A stretch of DNA of 64,000 nucleotides, from assembly GCA_020056635.1 (NCBI GenBank), contig JAGVHI010000016.1, positions 4,702 through 68,701 on the forward strand, in the 5' to 3' direction. This DNA comes from an archaeon. GTDB taxonomy: Archaea; Micrarchaeota; Micrarchaeia; Anstonellales; Anstonellaceae. A program made the translations under genes and the position numbers. Positions 52,189 to 61,967 of the stretch are shown piece by piece. Position 1 is the first letter of the stretch. Every line of letters starts with the position of its first letter. The notes under the pieces are model-generated. The model saw only the letters and a program-made list of their open reading frames with translations. It did no database searches and was not told the DNA's origin.

Positions 52189-52430
52189 CGCCTCGCCTCC
52201 CAAATCCACTTGTGGCTAGAAATTATATAATGCTTACGCATGTTTCCATAAAGAGAAAAACTGAAAAAAGCGTTAATTGCCTCAGATGCTGTTAGCCTCA
52301 TCACAAATCATGCAACTTGCGTTGCAAGCTCGAAAGGCTTTCAGCCTTCCGATCAGAGGTTGTTCATATCATCACAGGCATGCTCCTTTTGCCGTCAGCA
52401 ATATAAAAGCTAATCCGCCATCCTAAAGCT

Positions 52431-53066
52431 GTGGAAAAGCTGCTGCTCTACCTGCTCTCGAAAGGCGCGCACAAGGAAGCAGTGCGCATCACAACGTTCG
52501 ACATAGCGGATGCGATAGGCGCCTCGCAGCAGACCGCCTCAAGGAAACTGCTTGAATCAATCTCGGACGGCTACGTTTCGCGCTGGGGCAGGAACCTGAT
52601 GCTCACGCAAAAGGGGAAGGAGCAGCTCGCGCGAATCTACCGCACCCTAAAAACCGCATTCGAGCAGCCCAAATTCCAATTCAAGGGAAAAGTCGTTTCC
52701 GGGGTAGGGGACGGCAAATATTACCTCTCGCTCCCAGGGTATGCAAAACCCCTGGAAAAGCACTTTGGCTTCAAGCCCTACCCAGGAACGCTGAATTTGG
52801 AAATCCCACCAGAGCAGCTTGAGCTGCGCCTCCAGCTAAAGGCAAAGAACGCGCTCACCATCCCAGGCTTCTCGCACAAGGGGCGCGAGCTTGGCCCGAT
52901 ACACTGCTTCCCGTGCAAAATAGGCAAAATATCAGGGGTGTTGGTGTTCCCTGAGCGCTCGCACCATGGGCTGAACGTGCTTGAGCTCATGGCGCATGTT
53001 GATTTGCGCAAAGCGCTTGGGCTAAAGGACGGAAGGGCGCTTTTTGTGGAAGTGATGGCGGAATAA
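52431..53066 (+). CDS. ribK: wHTH-fused CTP-dependent riboflavin kinase (RbkR/RibK type)
   Basis: GTG start. N-terminal wHTH (FDIADAIGASQQTASRKLLE). Kinase domain GKVVSGVGDGKYYLSLPGY...GFKPYPGTLNLE...VFPERSHHG. Confidence 0.8.
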   Translation: MEKLLLYLLSKGAHKEAVRITTFDIADAIGASQQTASRKLLESISDGYVSRWGRNLMLTQKGKEQLARIYRTLKTAFEQPKFQFKGKVVSGVGDGKYYLSLPGYAKPLEKHFGFKPYPGTLNLEIPPEQLELRLQLKAKNALTIPGFSHKGRELGPIHCFPCKIGKISGVLVFPERSHHGLNVLELMAHVDLRKALGLKDGRALFVEVMAE

Positions 53067-53067
53067 T

Positions 53068-53727
53068 TCAGAGCAAGTGCTTCTTCTTCAGGAATCCAAT
53101 CGCTTTCTCCAAATCCCTAAATACGGCATCTGCTTTGGAAAAATCCTGAGAATCGGAAAATTCATTCGGCACCGCATAGCAGACAATTCCTGCGCCTTTT
53201 GCTGATTCCACTCCGGATTGCGTATCCTCAAAAGCGATGCACTCCTCAGGTTTGCAGCCTATTTTCCTTGATGCAAGCAGGTAAATTTCAGGGTTTGGCT
53301 TGCTTAGCTTTACCTCATCCCGGGAAGCAACCGCATCAAACATCTCTTTTAGCCCGGCCCTTTTCAGTTTCACTTCAATCTCATGCGCAGAGCCGCTGGA
53401 TGCAAGCGCAACTTTCAGCCCTTTTGATTTGAAGAATGCAAGCGCATCCTTCGCATGGTGCAAGTGCCTCAACGGTTCTGTCGCAAACCATCTCTTGATG
53501 AACTTCTCCTTCTCATCCCAAAGTGCAACCGGGTCAACTTTCAATTCATGCTTTTTCACCAGCTCCTTTGCAATTATTTTCCCGCTCTTTCCTGCATACT
53601 TGCGGTACTCCTCCCTTTTCAGGCCTGCTTTGTAGGGTTTGAGCGCCTCGACCCAGCCTTTCCATTGGTAACTCTCAGTCTCAAGCAGCGTGCCATCCAA
53701 ATCAAAAATTGCGCCCTTTATTTTCAT
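53068..53727 (-). CDS. HAD-superfamily hydrolase (beta-phosphoglucomutase-like subfamily)
   Basis: AIFDLDGTLLETE, ALASSG and FEDTQSGVESAKGAG. Confidence 0.8.
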   Translation of the reverse strand: MKIKGAIFDLDGTLLETESYQWKGWVEALKPYKAGLKREEYRKYAGKSGKIIAKELVKKHELKVDPVALWDEKEKFIKRWFATEPLRHLHHAKDALAFFKSKGLKVALASSGSAHEIEVKLKRAGLKEMFDAVASRDEVKLSKPNPEIYLLASRKIGCKPEECIAFEDTQSGVESAKGAGIVCYAVPNEFSDSQDFSKADAVFRDLEKAIGFLKKKHLL

Positions 53728-53728
53728 C

Positions 53729-54070
53729 TTACAACCCTATGCTTGCCCGCACATCCGGATTCATCTTCTCAATGCTCCAGGGCGGGTCGAACACCACTTC
53801 GACAATCACATTTTTAACATCAGGCAGTTGCGAAATGTGCGATCGCGCGCTCTCCTCAATCATGCCTGCCATCGGGCAAGCTGGACTGGTCATGGTCATC
53901 TGAACGTACACTTCTCCTTTTTTCTTATCCACTTCCACCTTGTAAATCAGCCCGAGGTCAACCACGCTGATTTGGAGCTCAGGATCGATTACTCGCTTGA
54001 GCGCTTCCCAAACAGATTTCTCATCAAGAGCAAGTGCAGCGGGCTTTGCATCAGTTTTTTTCTTAGCCAT
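53729..54070 (-). CDS. DUF59/MIP18-family Fe-S assembly protein (SufT/PaaD-like)
   Basis: VIDPELQISVVDLGLIY...MTMTSPACPMAG... Confidence 0.8.
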   Translation of the reverse strand: MAKKKTDAKPAALALDEKSVWEALKRVIDPELQISVVDLGLIYKVEVDKKKGEVYVQMTMTSPACPMAGMIEESARSHISQLPDVKNVIVEVVFDPPWSIEKMNPDVRASIGL

Positions 54071-54094
54071 GGCTCCCACTTCCATTCCCTGCTG

Positions 54095-55132
54095 CTAAAA
54101 CCATTTGCCCAAATCAGACTGCTTCCCCTTTTCTGAAAGCACTTTCACCAGATTCTCAACTGTATTTGCAACTCGTTCACCTGAAAAATCATGCTCATCG
54201 CACAAAATGGACACAAGTTCGCGCTTGTCTGGCAAGGAGAATGAAATCCCAACATTCTTCTCAACAGGTGGATGCAGGAAAAACTGCTCAATCTCCTCCA
54301 CATCTTCCGGGAATTCATATTTGAGCTCGTTTTTCGCATATCTCACAATATCCGCAAGCTTCTTGTGCTCCTTCACAATTTTCAATCCTTTTTTCGGCCC
54401 AATCCCCTTCACTCCCTCATTAAAGTCCGTTCCAACCAGTATCCCAAGCAAAATCAGCTGCTCCCTCGTAAGCCCGCTTGCCTTCAATGTTTCCTCAAGC
54501 GATATTAGCTCAGGCTCAATCATGATATACTCATTCTTTCTAGGAACTTTCCTCCTCCCGGTTATTGAAAGGTTCTTGAGCAAAAGCGGCGCCCCAAACA
54601 ATAATGCATCAAAATCCTGCGAAGCGGCTGCGAACACCTTTCCCTCGCGCGCCAATTCTGAAGCTTGTGCTTCCCCTTCGCTCGGAGCCTGAATTACTGG
54701 GATTCCCATGTAAGTCAGCAATCTTTTGCTCTCCTCAACCATCTCTTTTGTCAGCCGCGAAGTTGCCTGCGCATACCTTTTCATCGCCTCCTCGTCTCCC
54801 CTCTCCTTCGCATCTGCATAATTCTCTTCAGCTCTCACTTTTATCGCAGCCCTTGCGGCAATTGTTTTTTTCTTGAACTCCGGAGGAGTTCCATCGAACA
54901 CATAAACCAGTTTCACTCCCTTCTCAAGCAGGTTCGCATTCCTGTAAAACAATCCTGAAAGATGCCCGGTCACTTTTCCCTTGGAGTCCATAAGCGGAGT
55001 GCCATCCTGCTGCCGGATTGAGGAAAGGAACTGGTAAATCGTATTGTACGCATCCACCGCGAATATCTTTCCAGAAAGCGTTTCAACTGGCATAGGTGTC
55101 GAAACAGCCAAATCCCCCAAATTCACTCCCAT
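54095..55132 (-). CDS. fen: Flap endonuclease 1
   Basis: MGVNLGDL...AVDAYNTIYQFLSSIRQQDGTPLMD..G..TGHLSGLFYR...VYVFDG.PP; H3TH region GIGPKKGLKIV. Confidence 0.95.
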   Translation of the reverse strand: MGVNLGDLAVSTPMPVETLSGKIFAVDAYNTIYQFLSSIRQQDGTPLMDSKGKVTGHLSGLFYRNANLLEKGVKLVYVFDGTPPEFKKKTIAARAAIKVRAEENYADAKERGDEEAMKRYAQATSRLTKEMVEESKRLLTYMGIPVIQAPSEGEAQASELAREGKVFAAASQDFDALLFGAPLLLKNLSITGRRKVPRKNEYIMIEPELISLEETLKASGLTREQLILLGILVGTDFNEGVKGIGPKKGLKIVKEHKKLADIVRYAKNELKYEFPEDVEEIEQFFLHPPVEKNVGISFSLPDKRELVSILCDEHDFSGERVANTVENLVKVLSEKGKQSDLGKWF

Positions 55133-55252
55133 AAAACTCAATTAGCCTCGCAGGTAAAATAAATCAATATCCTCAAAGTTGCAATATTTATTAATTTATG
55201 TGGGCATATATTTGCCTCAATTACTTAGAAACAACAATGGTGGGTCGAAATA

Positions 55253-57289
55253 ATGTCACAGGCACACAAAAAGAAAGGCAATGATCATCAGCACCACAAG
55301 AAAGACCCTTTCGGCGTACATGTCGGCGCAAAGAAAAGCAAACGGGCGCACAAGAATCCGGACCCATTCGCACATGCCAATCGCGAGGAAAGCCGGCACC
55401 AAAAATCAGCACTCGAAACCTATCTCTCCACCCGGGTTGAGGTCGAACCGCCCATCGCGGCACAGGGTGATAAAACAGCCGCGCAAACTCCACAACCTCG
55501 AATTTCAGCAAGCGCAGAGCAAATCGAGAGGCTGAATTCCGACGTTTCCCGTTTCGCAGACCTTGTTGCATCGGCTGTTGATGCAATCGGGCAACAGGGG
55601 CTTGCAAGCTGGGCTGCGAAAAAAGGGGTCCCATTAGGGAAAGATGCCGTAGTATCAAAATTCTCTTTCAATAACAAAAGGGATGTTCACGAGCAGATTC
55701 GCTTGCTGAGCTCTCTTACAGTGTCCCTAATTGAGCATGCAAAACTCATTCTTGGCGGCGAGCTTCAGGCTTACAAGTCACTTCTTAAAAAAGCGGGCAA
55801 AACTGATTCTGAATGGGACAAGCTATGCAACTACCAAGGGCTTCCAATTGATGAAATCCTAAAACGCATCACAGATGTAAGGGCACGCTGCGAAAAAACG
55901 CGCAAGGATACTAAATCCGGCGGGGACCGAGAGGAATCCGCGGTGCGGCCAGAGAAAGAATCGCACGAGCCAATCGACGACCTTGCAGCCCTTGCAGTCA
56001 AATTGGTCGAGTGCCTGAACGCGGCAGAGCGCGCAGGGCATAATATCCAACACTCGGAATGGCAAGCAATTATAGCTGAAATCAGGATTCTCAAACGAAT
56101 CAACGCTGCACGGAAGTACGGCGATGATAGAACATCCGTTATCGGCGACTATCTAAGAAGCAATGATAAGCGGAAATGGGCCGGCAAAAAAATAGACCAT
56201 CTCCTCTCGTTTGCCAATACGCTTGCTGAATATATCTGCATATGGCAGCGCACTACAGGCAAAGAAGGCTGGCTCCAAAGCCATGGTATCACTCCATTCA
56301 TACAAAGACGGGAAGCTGCCAAAATACAAGAAGAAAAAGAAGCGAAGGCAGAAAGGGAACGAGTGGCAAGGGAAGCTCAAGAACAAGCAGAAATCAAATC
56401 GCTCCTTTTGTTGGTGTGTGACGCGCTGAACGGGCCTGTCAAACTATCGAGCCGCCAGCTTGAAAAGGCTGTGGGAGGTGGATATTTTGCAGAGAACCTC
56501 CAGCGGCTTGCAGGGTTGCACGCGCAGGGAAGGGCTGAGGCGTCAGGTCTGCTGGGGAGGATGGGTTTACCCTACAATAACCATAAAGATCGAGTCACAT
56601 TCCTACAAGGGTTAGTTCCTGCAATCAAGGCGGCCATAGAAGCCAAGCAAAACCCTTCCGCCAGTGTAACGGACGAGCAGCTCATTGTCGAAACATTCTG
56701 CAAGCTGTTCGAGAGAACTGATCCATGGTCAATACGGTCGGATGCTCGAATCAAAATTGGCACTGCCACATGGGTCTTTGACAGTTATTCCAGAGGAACT
56801 ATATCACGAGTAATAGATATGGGGCGGGAGGCAGCCGCTGATGCAGATCAAGAGCTTTATGCAGATGCAGCGCGTATGATCAGAAGCGAAATATTTTACA
56901 GTTCCGAACTTTATTCAGCTTTGACCAATCTGGCATTGGCAAGTAGGCAAGCGCAAATTTCAGGGGATGGGCAGGTCTCATCAAGCGGTGCAGCAAGCAT
57001 GGAAAGGACAGTTGTTGACGAATTCTATAACGTAATACGAGGTCTAGATTTTGAGGACTTGGGCAGCCAGATCATAAGGTTAGGTTCCTATGGCTGCAAA
57101 TTCTATGTTGATGAGACTCCGTTTGAAAGAATCGTGCAATTGCACGAAGAGATTGGCAGAACTATAACCGAAGCCGATTACTACGCACGGGCCCACGAGC
57201 TTATTGTAGGTTGGGATGACGATGGGAAAGCCCGGGCCGCCATTAGTGCAATGTCCAGTCCAGTTCGGACAAAGGGGCGCGCTTTCTAA
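55253..57289 (+). CDS. Hypothetical 678-aa protein with a basic His/Lys-rich N-terminus and two C-terminal repeats
   Basis: Long ORF with no motif I recognise. It has an internal repeat, TDEQLIVETFCKLFER...IKIGTATWVFD versus MERTVVDEFYNVIRGL...IRLGSYGCKFYVD. Confidence 0.6.
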   Translation: MSQAHKKKGNDHQHHKKDPFGVHVGAKKSKRAHKNPDPFAHANREESRHQKSALETYLSTRVEVEPPIAAQGDKTAAQTPQPRISASAEQIERLNSDVSRFADLVASAVDAIGQQGLASWAAKKGVPLGKDAVVSKFSFNNKRDVHEQIRLLSSLTVSLIEHAKLILGGELQAYKSLLKKAGKTDSEWDKLCNYQGLPIDEILKRITDVRARCEKTRKDTKSGGDREESAVRPEKESHEPIDDLAALAVKLVECLNAAERAGHNIQHSEWQAIIAEIRILKRINAARKYGDDRTSVIGDYLRSNDKRKWAGKKIDHLLSFANTLAEYICIWQRTTGKEGWLQSHGITPFIQRREAAKIQEEKEAKAERERVAREAQEQAEIKSLLLLVCDALNGPVKLSSRQLEKAVGGGYFAENLQRLAGLHAQGRAEASGLLGRMGLPYNNHKDRVTFLQGLVPAIKAAIEAKQNPSASVTDEQLIVETFCKLFERTDPWSIRSDARIKIGTATWVFDSYSRGTISRVIDMGREAAADADQELYADAARMIRSEIFYSSELYSALTNLALASRQAQISGDGQVSSSGAASMERTVVDEFYNVIRGLDFEDLGSQIIRLGSYGCKFYVDETPFERIVQLHEEIGRTITEADYYARAHELIVGWDDDGKARAAISAMSSPVRTKGRAF

Positions 57290-57327
57290 TAATGCAAGCC
57301 CGTATTTTCTCTCGTTCCCTCCCCATG

Positions 57328-57336
57328 TTTTATAAA
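57328..57336 (+). promoter_or_regulatory. TATA-like box of the ATP synthase operon
   Basis: TTTTATAAA lies 54 nt upstream of the atpH ATG. TAGGTGGTG SD sits next to the ATG. Confidence 0.45.
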
Positions 57337-57389
57337 CTCTATCTCCGTAAGGATTCGCGGGAAAGTGCTACTTTACACTAGGTGGTGCG

Positions 57390-57743
57390 ATGCACAACCA
57401 TACAAAGACCCCAGACGAATTCGTGAATCTTGTCTCCGTGCTGAAAGATGAGGAAAAGAAAGCCCAGCATGCAATAGAATCAGCGAAGCAAAGGGCTGCG
57501 CAGATTGAAAAGGAGGCGCGCGAGCAGGCAATCGAAATCGCATCAGCAGAGCAGGAAGCAGCGGTGAAGGCGAAGAACGAAATCCTGGCTGCGGGAAAGA
57601 AGAAGATGGATGATGACACTGAAAAGATACTCACTAAAGCAAGGGCGGAAGCAAAGGAAGTGCGCTCATTGAAGATAAAGGCGGAGCAGGCAAAAAAGCT
57701 TGCATCAGAGATAATTTCCAAGTACAATAAGGGAGATGGGTAA
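57390..57743 (+). CDS. atpH: A-type ATP synthase subunit H
   Basis: 117-aa Ala/Glu/Lys-rich helical protein occupying the first position of the operon. Confidence 0.7.
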   Translation: MHNHTKTPDEFVNLVSVLKDEEKKAQHAIESAKQRAAQIEKEAREQAIEIASAEQEAAVKAKNEILAAGKKKMDDDTEKILTKARAEAKEVRSLKIKAEQAKKLASEIISKYNKGDG

Positions 57744-59608
57744 TGCTTGAGCCGGAGCGGATGGACCGCGTAAGGATCCTGGGCATGAGAAGTTCGATGC
57801 CCGCGGTAATTGGTTCCCTGCATCGCGCCGGCGTGCTTGAAATCCGGGAAATGGACCCTGGGAAAATCGAGCGGGACAGGCCGCTTGAAATTTACGAGGA
57901 GATATCCGCGCAATTGGTGCGGATGAGGGCAATCGCATCAGGTCTCAAGCGAGTGCTGGGCGCAAACAAGCAGGCAAAGCTCACGCTTAAGGGTGCGCTC
58001 AAGCTTGCAGGCACGATAAAAATTGAGGAAGAGCTTGAGAACGTGCGCAAAGGGATTGAGGGAGCACGCTCTGAGCTTGAGCAAATCAAATCAAACGAGC
58101 GCGCGCTTCGCGAAATTGAAAGGATGGATATTGATTTCTCTAAATTGAACTCCAACCTGCTAGCGTTCAGGCTCGGGCTGGTTCCGCAGAAGGGCGCAAA
58201 AGCGCTGGTTTCCGAGCTTCACGAGCTTGGGGCAACTGTTGCACAATCCGAGGCAAAAAGCGGGGATGTTGCGCTCCTGGTTGCGGTGAAAAAAGGGGAG
58301 GAAATCCAATCTGCGTTTGATGCAAGCAAATTCCAGGAGATTCCGCTAACCGCGATACGCACAACTCCGAAAAAAACGCTTTCTGAGCTTTCGGGCAGGA
58401 AGGAGAAGCTTGCGCGCGAGCAAAAGAGGCTTGAGGGGATACTGGAGGAAATGTCCGAAGTGTTCTACCCGCAGATAATCGCAATCCAGGAGGCGCTTGA
58501 AATCGAGGCTGACAGGGCGCAGATCGCCACGAAATTCGGGAAAACCGAAAAGCTGTTCGTGGTTGAGGGCTGGGTCCCAAAATCAAGCTCAAACTGGCTG
58601 AAAAGCTCACTTGAAGCCAGATTCAAGGAATCTGTGCACGTGCTTGATGCGCCGGATGACGGGACTGCGCCCACCAAGCTTGCGAACCCGAAAATCGCCC
58701 ATCCCTTCGAGGGTTTCATGGACATGTTTTCGCTCCCAAAATACAACGAGCTTGACCCGACACTGATCCTTTTCATCACGCTTCCGCTCCTGTACGGATT
58801 GATTGTCGGGGATGCGGCTTATGGTGTAATCTCTTTCCTGCTCGCATTTTTGATGGTGCGGGGCGCAAAAGAGGGCAGCATGCTGAAAACCGTGGGCATG
58901 ATTTGGATGTATTGTGCAATCCCCACACTGCTATTCGGGATAATTTTTGACGAGTACGCGGGCTATTCGCACACGGTTTTCACAGGGGCGAAGCTATACA
59001 CCGGGTTCCACAGGCTCACACAGCTCTCGGATTTGATGCTAATCTCCCTAATCATAGGGATGGTGCACCTTGCGCTGGGATTCATAATCGGGTTCCAAAA
59101 TGAGAGGCACCACAACATGACGCACGCGCTTGGGAAGCTGGGCTGGATTCCAATCGAAATTGGGGGCGTGCTCCTAATCACGGTATTCATGTTTGGCGCG
59201 CTTGGGCAAATTTGGGGAATCGCAGGCGCAATGCTCTTCATAATCGGCGCAATCCTGGTTTACCGTGCGGAGGGGGCAATCGGTCTTATTGAAATCCCGA
59301 GCCTTGCGGGAAATATAATGTCCTACCTCCGTCTCGCAATAATCGGACTTGTGGGCGTGATACTGGCGGAAATCATAAACACGTTCGCCCCGAAATCGCC
59401 TGCCTTTACGCTTGATGGGATACTCATATTCCTGATCACCGCGCTGTTCTACGTGACGCTTCACGTGGCGCACACAGGGATTGCGATGTTCGAGGCATTG
59501 ATTCAAGGGGGCAGGCTTAACGTGGTGGAATTCTTCGGGAAGTTCTACCATGGCAATGGGGCGCGCTTTGCGCCCTTTTCATACGTACGAAAGTACACAT
59601 GTGAATGA
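57743..59608 (+). CDS. atpI: A-type ATP synthase subunit I (a-subunit)
   Basis: 621 aa. A soluble N-terminal half is followed by about 7 TM helices, with SYLRL(A)IIGL containing the conserved Arg. The start overlaps the atpH stop (TAATG). Confidence 0.9.
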   Translation: MLEPERMDRVRILGMRSSMPAVIGSLHRAGVLEIREMDPGKIERDRPLEIYEEISAQLVRMRAIASGLKRVLGANKQAKLTLKGALKLAGTIKIEEELENVRKGIEGARSELEQIKSNERALREIERMDIDFSKLNSNLLAFRLGLVPQKGAKALVSELHELGATVAQSEAKSGDVALLVAVKKGEEIQSAFDASKFQEIPLTAIRTTPKKTLSELSGRKEKLAREQKRLEGILEEMSEVFYPQIIAIQEALEIEADRAQIATKFGKTEKLFVVEGWVPKSSSNWLKSSLEARFKESVHVLDAPDDGTAPTKLANPKIAHPFEGFMDMFSLPKYNELDPTLILFITLPLLYGLIVGDAAYGVISFLLAFLMVRGAKEGSMLKTVGMIWMYCAIPTLLFGIIFDEYAGYSHTVFTGAKLYTGFHRLTQLSDLMLISLIIGMVHLALGFIIGFQNERHHNMTHALGKLGWIPIEIGGVLLITVFMFGALGQIWGIAGAMLFIIGAILVYRAEGAIGLIEIPSLAGNIMSYLRLAIIGLVGVILAEIINTFAPKSPAFTLDGILIFLITALFYVTLHVAHTGIAMFEALIQGGRLNVVEFFGKFYHGNGARFAPFSYVRKYTCE

Positions 59609-59624
59609 AATCAGAGGTGAGTGA

Positions 59625-59885
59625 ATGGTGAGTTTGCTGGATACGAATGGTGCTTTGGGCATCGCGGCTGCAATCGCGATTTTTGGCGGCGCAGTCGGAA
59701 CCGCATGGGCGCAGGCTGCAATCGGCTCTTCCATCATGGGAGTCGTTGCGGAAAGGCCGGAGGAGGCAATGAAGCTGATAGTGTACATGGCGCTTCCGGA
59801 GCTTATACTGCTGCTCGGGTTCGGGGTTGCGTTCTTCCTGATGGGGAAGATGACGGGTGCCGAGGCGGCTGTTGCAGCGCAGTAA
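59625..59885 (+). CDS. atpK: A-type ATP synthase proteolipid subunit K (c)
   Basis: 86-aa hairpin with GxGxGxA-like AIFGGAVGTAWAQAAIG and the carboxylate in MALPEL. Confidence 0.85.
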   Translation: MVSLLDTNGALGIAAAIAIFGGAVGTAWAQAAIGSSIMGVVAERPEEAMKLIVYMALPELILLLGFGVAFFLMGKMTGAEAAVAAQ

Positions 59886-59939
59886 GGTGCAAATCCCGCG
59901 CAATGGCTGGGAAGCAATGCGCTCCTTTGGGCGCGGTGA

Positions 59940-60512
59940 GTGATGCAAATGGCAATCGAGAAACTCTCTGCACAGATTGCGCAGTCGGCGCAGGAAGAAG
60001 CGGAGCGGATAACCCGCAATGCGCAAGCAGCGGGCGCCGAAGTGATAAAGGGCGCAAAATCCGCAGCTGTGCAAAGGAAAAAGGCGGCCGAGGATGAGGC
60101 AAAGGAGCTGGTTTCCACACAGCGTGCCGAGCGGATTGCTGCGGCCAAGCTTGAGGCAAAAAAGCTCATAGCGCACGCGCAGGATGAGGCGGTGGGTGCA
60201 TCGCTCCAGCACGTGTGGTCCGAGCTAAAGCAGTTCCGGCGCACAAAGGAATACGCAAAGCTGCTCCAGTCGCTTGCAAGCCAGGCCCTTGATGAGCTTG
60301 GGGACAGGGACGGAATAGTATATGTGAATTCCGAGGACCAAAAGCTGCTTTCTGGAATGAAGAACCTCTCAAAAAAGCCGATTGAGTGCGCAGGCGGGTG
60401 CGTTGCCGAGTCCAAGGGGGGCTCGGTGCGCGTGAACCTGACGCTTGAGGCAATTTTCGAGTCAGAACAGGATGGATTTAGGAAAAAGGCGTATGATTCG
60501 CTGTTTGGGTGA
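59940..60512 (+). CDS. atpE: A-type ATP synthase subunit E
   Basis: 190 aa. A long N-terminal helix is followed by a C-terminal globular domain, at the expected operon position. Confidence 0.8.
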   Translation: MMQMAIEKLSAQIAQSAQEEAERITRNAQAAGAEVIKGAKSAAVQRKKAAEDEAKELVSTQRAERIAAAKLEAKKLIAHAQDEAVGASLQHVWSELKQFRRTKEYAKLLQSLASQALDELGDRDGIVYVNSEDQKLLSGMKNLSKKPIECAGGCVAESKGGSVRVNLTLEAIFESEQDGFRKKAYDSLFG

Positions 60513-60521
60513 TTGGTGCAT

Positions 60522-61592
60522 ATGCGGAACATTGCAAGCGCGCAAATAGGCCCGCTCGACCCGTTAATTTACGGGTATTCGAATGCGCGGGTGAAGGCAA
60601 GCAGGAGCCTGCTTGTCAAAAGCTCGCAAATAGCGGAGCTTATTGATGTGCGCACCATGCCTGCGGTGCTTGAGCTGCTTGAGCGAACGCCCTATAAGCA
60701 GGATTTGGTCGCAATAGGCGCAAAGGGCGCAACAGTCGAGCAAATCGAGCTTGCGCTTGGAAGGCATTTCGCAAGGATTGCGCAGAAAATACGGCGCATC
60801 ACCCCAAAGCATGACCGGCCTCTTGTTGATGCCTTCCTGTACAGGTGGGACGCGCACAACCTGCGCGTAATCCTCCTTTCGAAAAAAGTCGGGAAAGACC
60901 AGTCTCACCTATTCGTTCCTGCAGGCTCGGTTTCAGAAAAACGGCTTGCAGAGCTTTCAGGCTCGCACGACATGAGCGCATTCATGGGCAGGCTTCACTC
61001 AACTCCTTTTGGCTCAGCGTTCTTCTCCTCAAAGCCTGGCAGGGCGCTTTTGGGGAAAAAGCTTTCATTTGAGAATGCGCAGGATGCAATCTCCGCTTTC
61101 GAGCTTTTCTATTTCGAGAACCTTGAGAAATCCGCGCTCAAGGCTGCGCGCGACAGCGCGTTCATCCTCTCGCTCAACCGCGCAGAAATCGATGCGAAGA
61201 ACATAAGCACGCTCCTTCGCTTGAGAAAAGCGGGCATGAACCACGAAGAGGCTCTTGGCTACTCGGTAAAAGGCGGGACGCTAAAGCCCTCGCAGCTCCG
61301 CCACCTCTCAAAGCTTGAATCCGTGCAAGAGGTGGAAAAATACATAAGCAGGAAATTCCCGCTGAAGCAGGGTTCCGGCGCAAAAGGGATCGGGGCGCTT
61401 GAAACCGAGCTTGAGCGGCACCTTGCTCTGGCAGGCATCCGTACGCTGCGAAGGAGCATGCTCTCGGTCGGCGCAATAATCGGATTCCTGTTCCTCAAGG
61501 AAGAGGAGATGAACAACATCCGCAAAGCGGTGCGCGCAAAAGCGCTTGGGCTCTCAAAAGAGCAGGCAATGGAAATGCTCGTGGAAGTATGA
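60522..61592 (+). CDS. atpC: A-type ATP synthase subunit C (d)
   Basis: About 356 aa, helical, at the expected operon position. The ORF track begins at a TTG at 60513, and the ATG at 60522 is more likely. Confidence 0.8.
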   Translation: MRNIASAQIGPLDPLIYGYSNARVKASRSLLVKSSQIAELIDVRTMPAVLELLERTPYKQDLVAIGAKGATVEQIELALGRHFARIAQKIRRITPKHDRPLVDAFLYRWDAHNLRVILLSKKVGKDQSHLFVPAGSVSEKRLAELSGSHDMSAFMGRLHSTPFGSAFFSSKPGRALLGKKLSFENAQDAISAFELFYFENLEKSALKAARDSAFILSLNRAEIDAKNISTLLRLRKAGMNHEEALGYSVKGGTLKPSQLRHLSKLESVQEVEKYISRKFPLKQGSGAKGIGALETELERHLALAGIRTLRRSMLSVGAIIGFLFLKEEEMNNIRKAVRAKALGLSKEQAMEMLVEV

Positions 61593-61637
61593 ACAGCTAG
61601 TGGAAATGGAATGTAAACTGACGCATATGGTGGACGC

Positions 61638-61967
61638 ATGAATTACCCAGACAAGGTTGCAATAATCGGCGATGACACGCTGGCGCAAGGGTTCAAGCTG
61701 GCGGGCATTGAGGATTTTTTCATCGTCCCTGACGAGCAGGTAGAAGCAAAAGTGAACGAGTTGCTTTCGAACCCCTCATATGGAATACTGATTGTGAGCG
61801 AGAGGCTTGTTGAAGGGTTTGATTGGAGATTGAAAAAGAAAATCGAAGCGAGCGCGAAACCTGTATTGATTGCCGTGCCTGAACGCAAAGGCGCGGTCGA
61901 GCAGTCAGAATCCATAAACAAGCTAATCAAGCGTGCAATAGGGTTTGACATAACAAAAAAATCATGA
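61638..61967 (+). CDS. atpF: A-type ATP synthase subunit F
   Basis: 109 aa with KVAIIGDDTLAQGFKLAGI. Confidence 0.85.
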   Translation: MNYPDKVAIIGDDTLAQGFKLAGIEDFFIVPDEQVEAKVNELLSNPSYGILIVSERLVEGFDWRLKKKIEASAKPVLIAVPERKGAVEQSESINKLIKRAIGFDITKKS

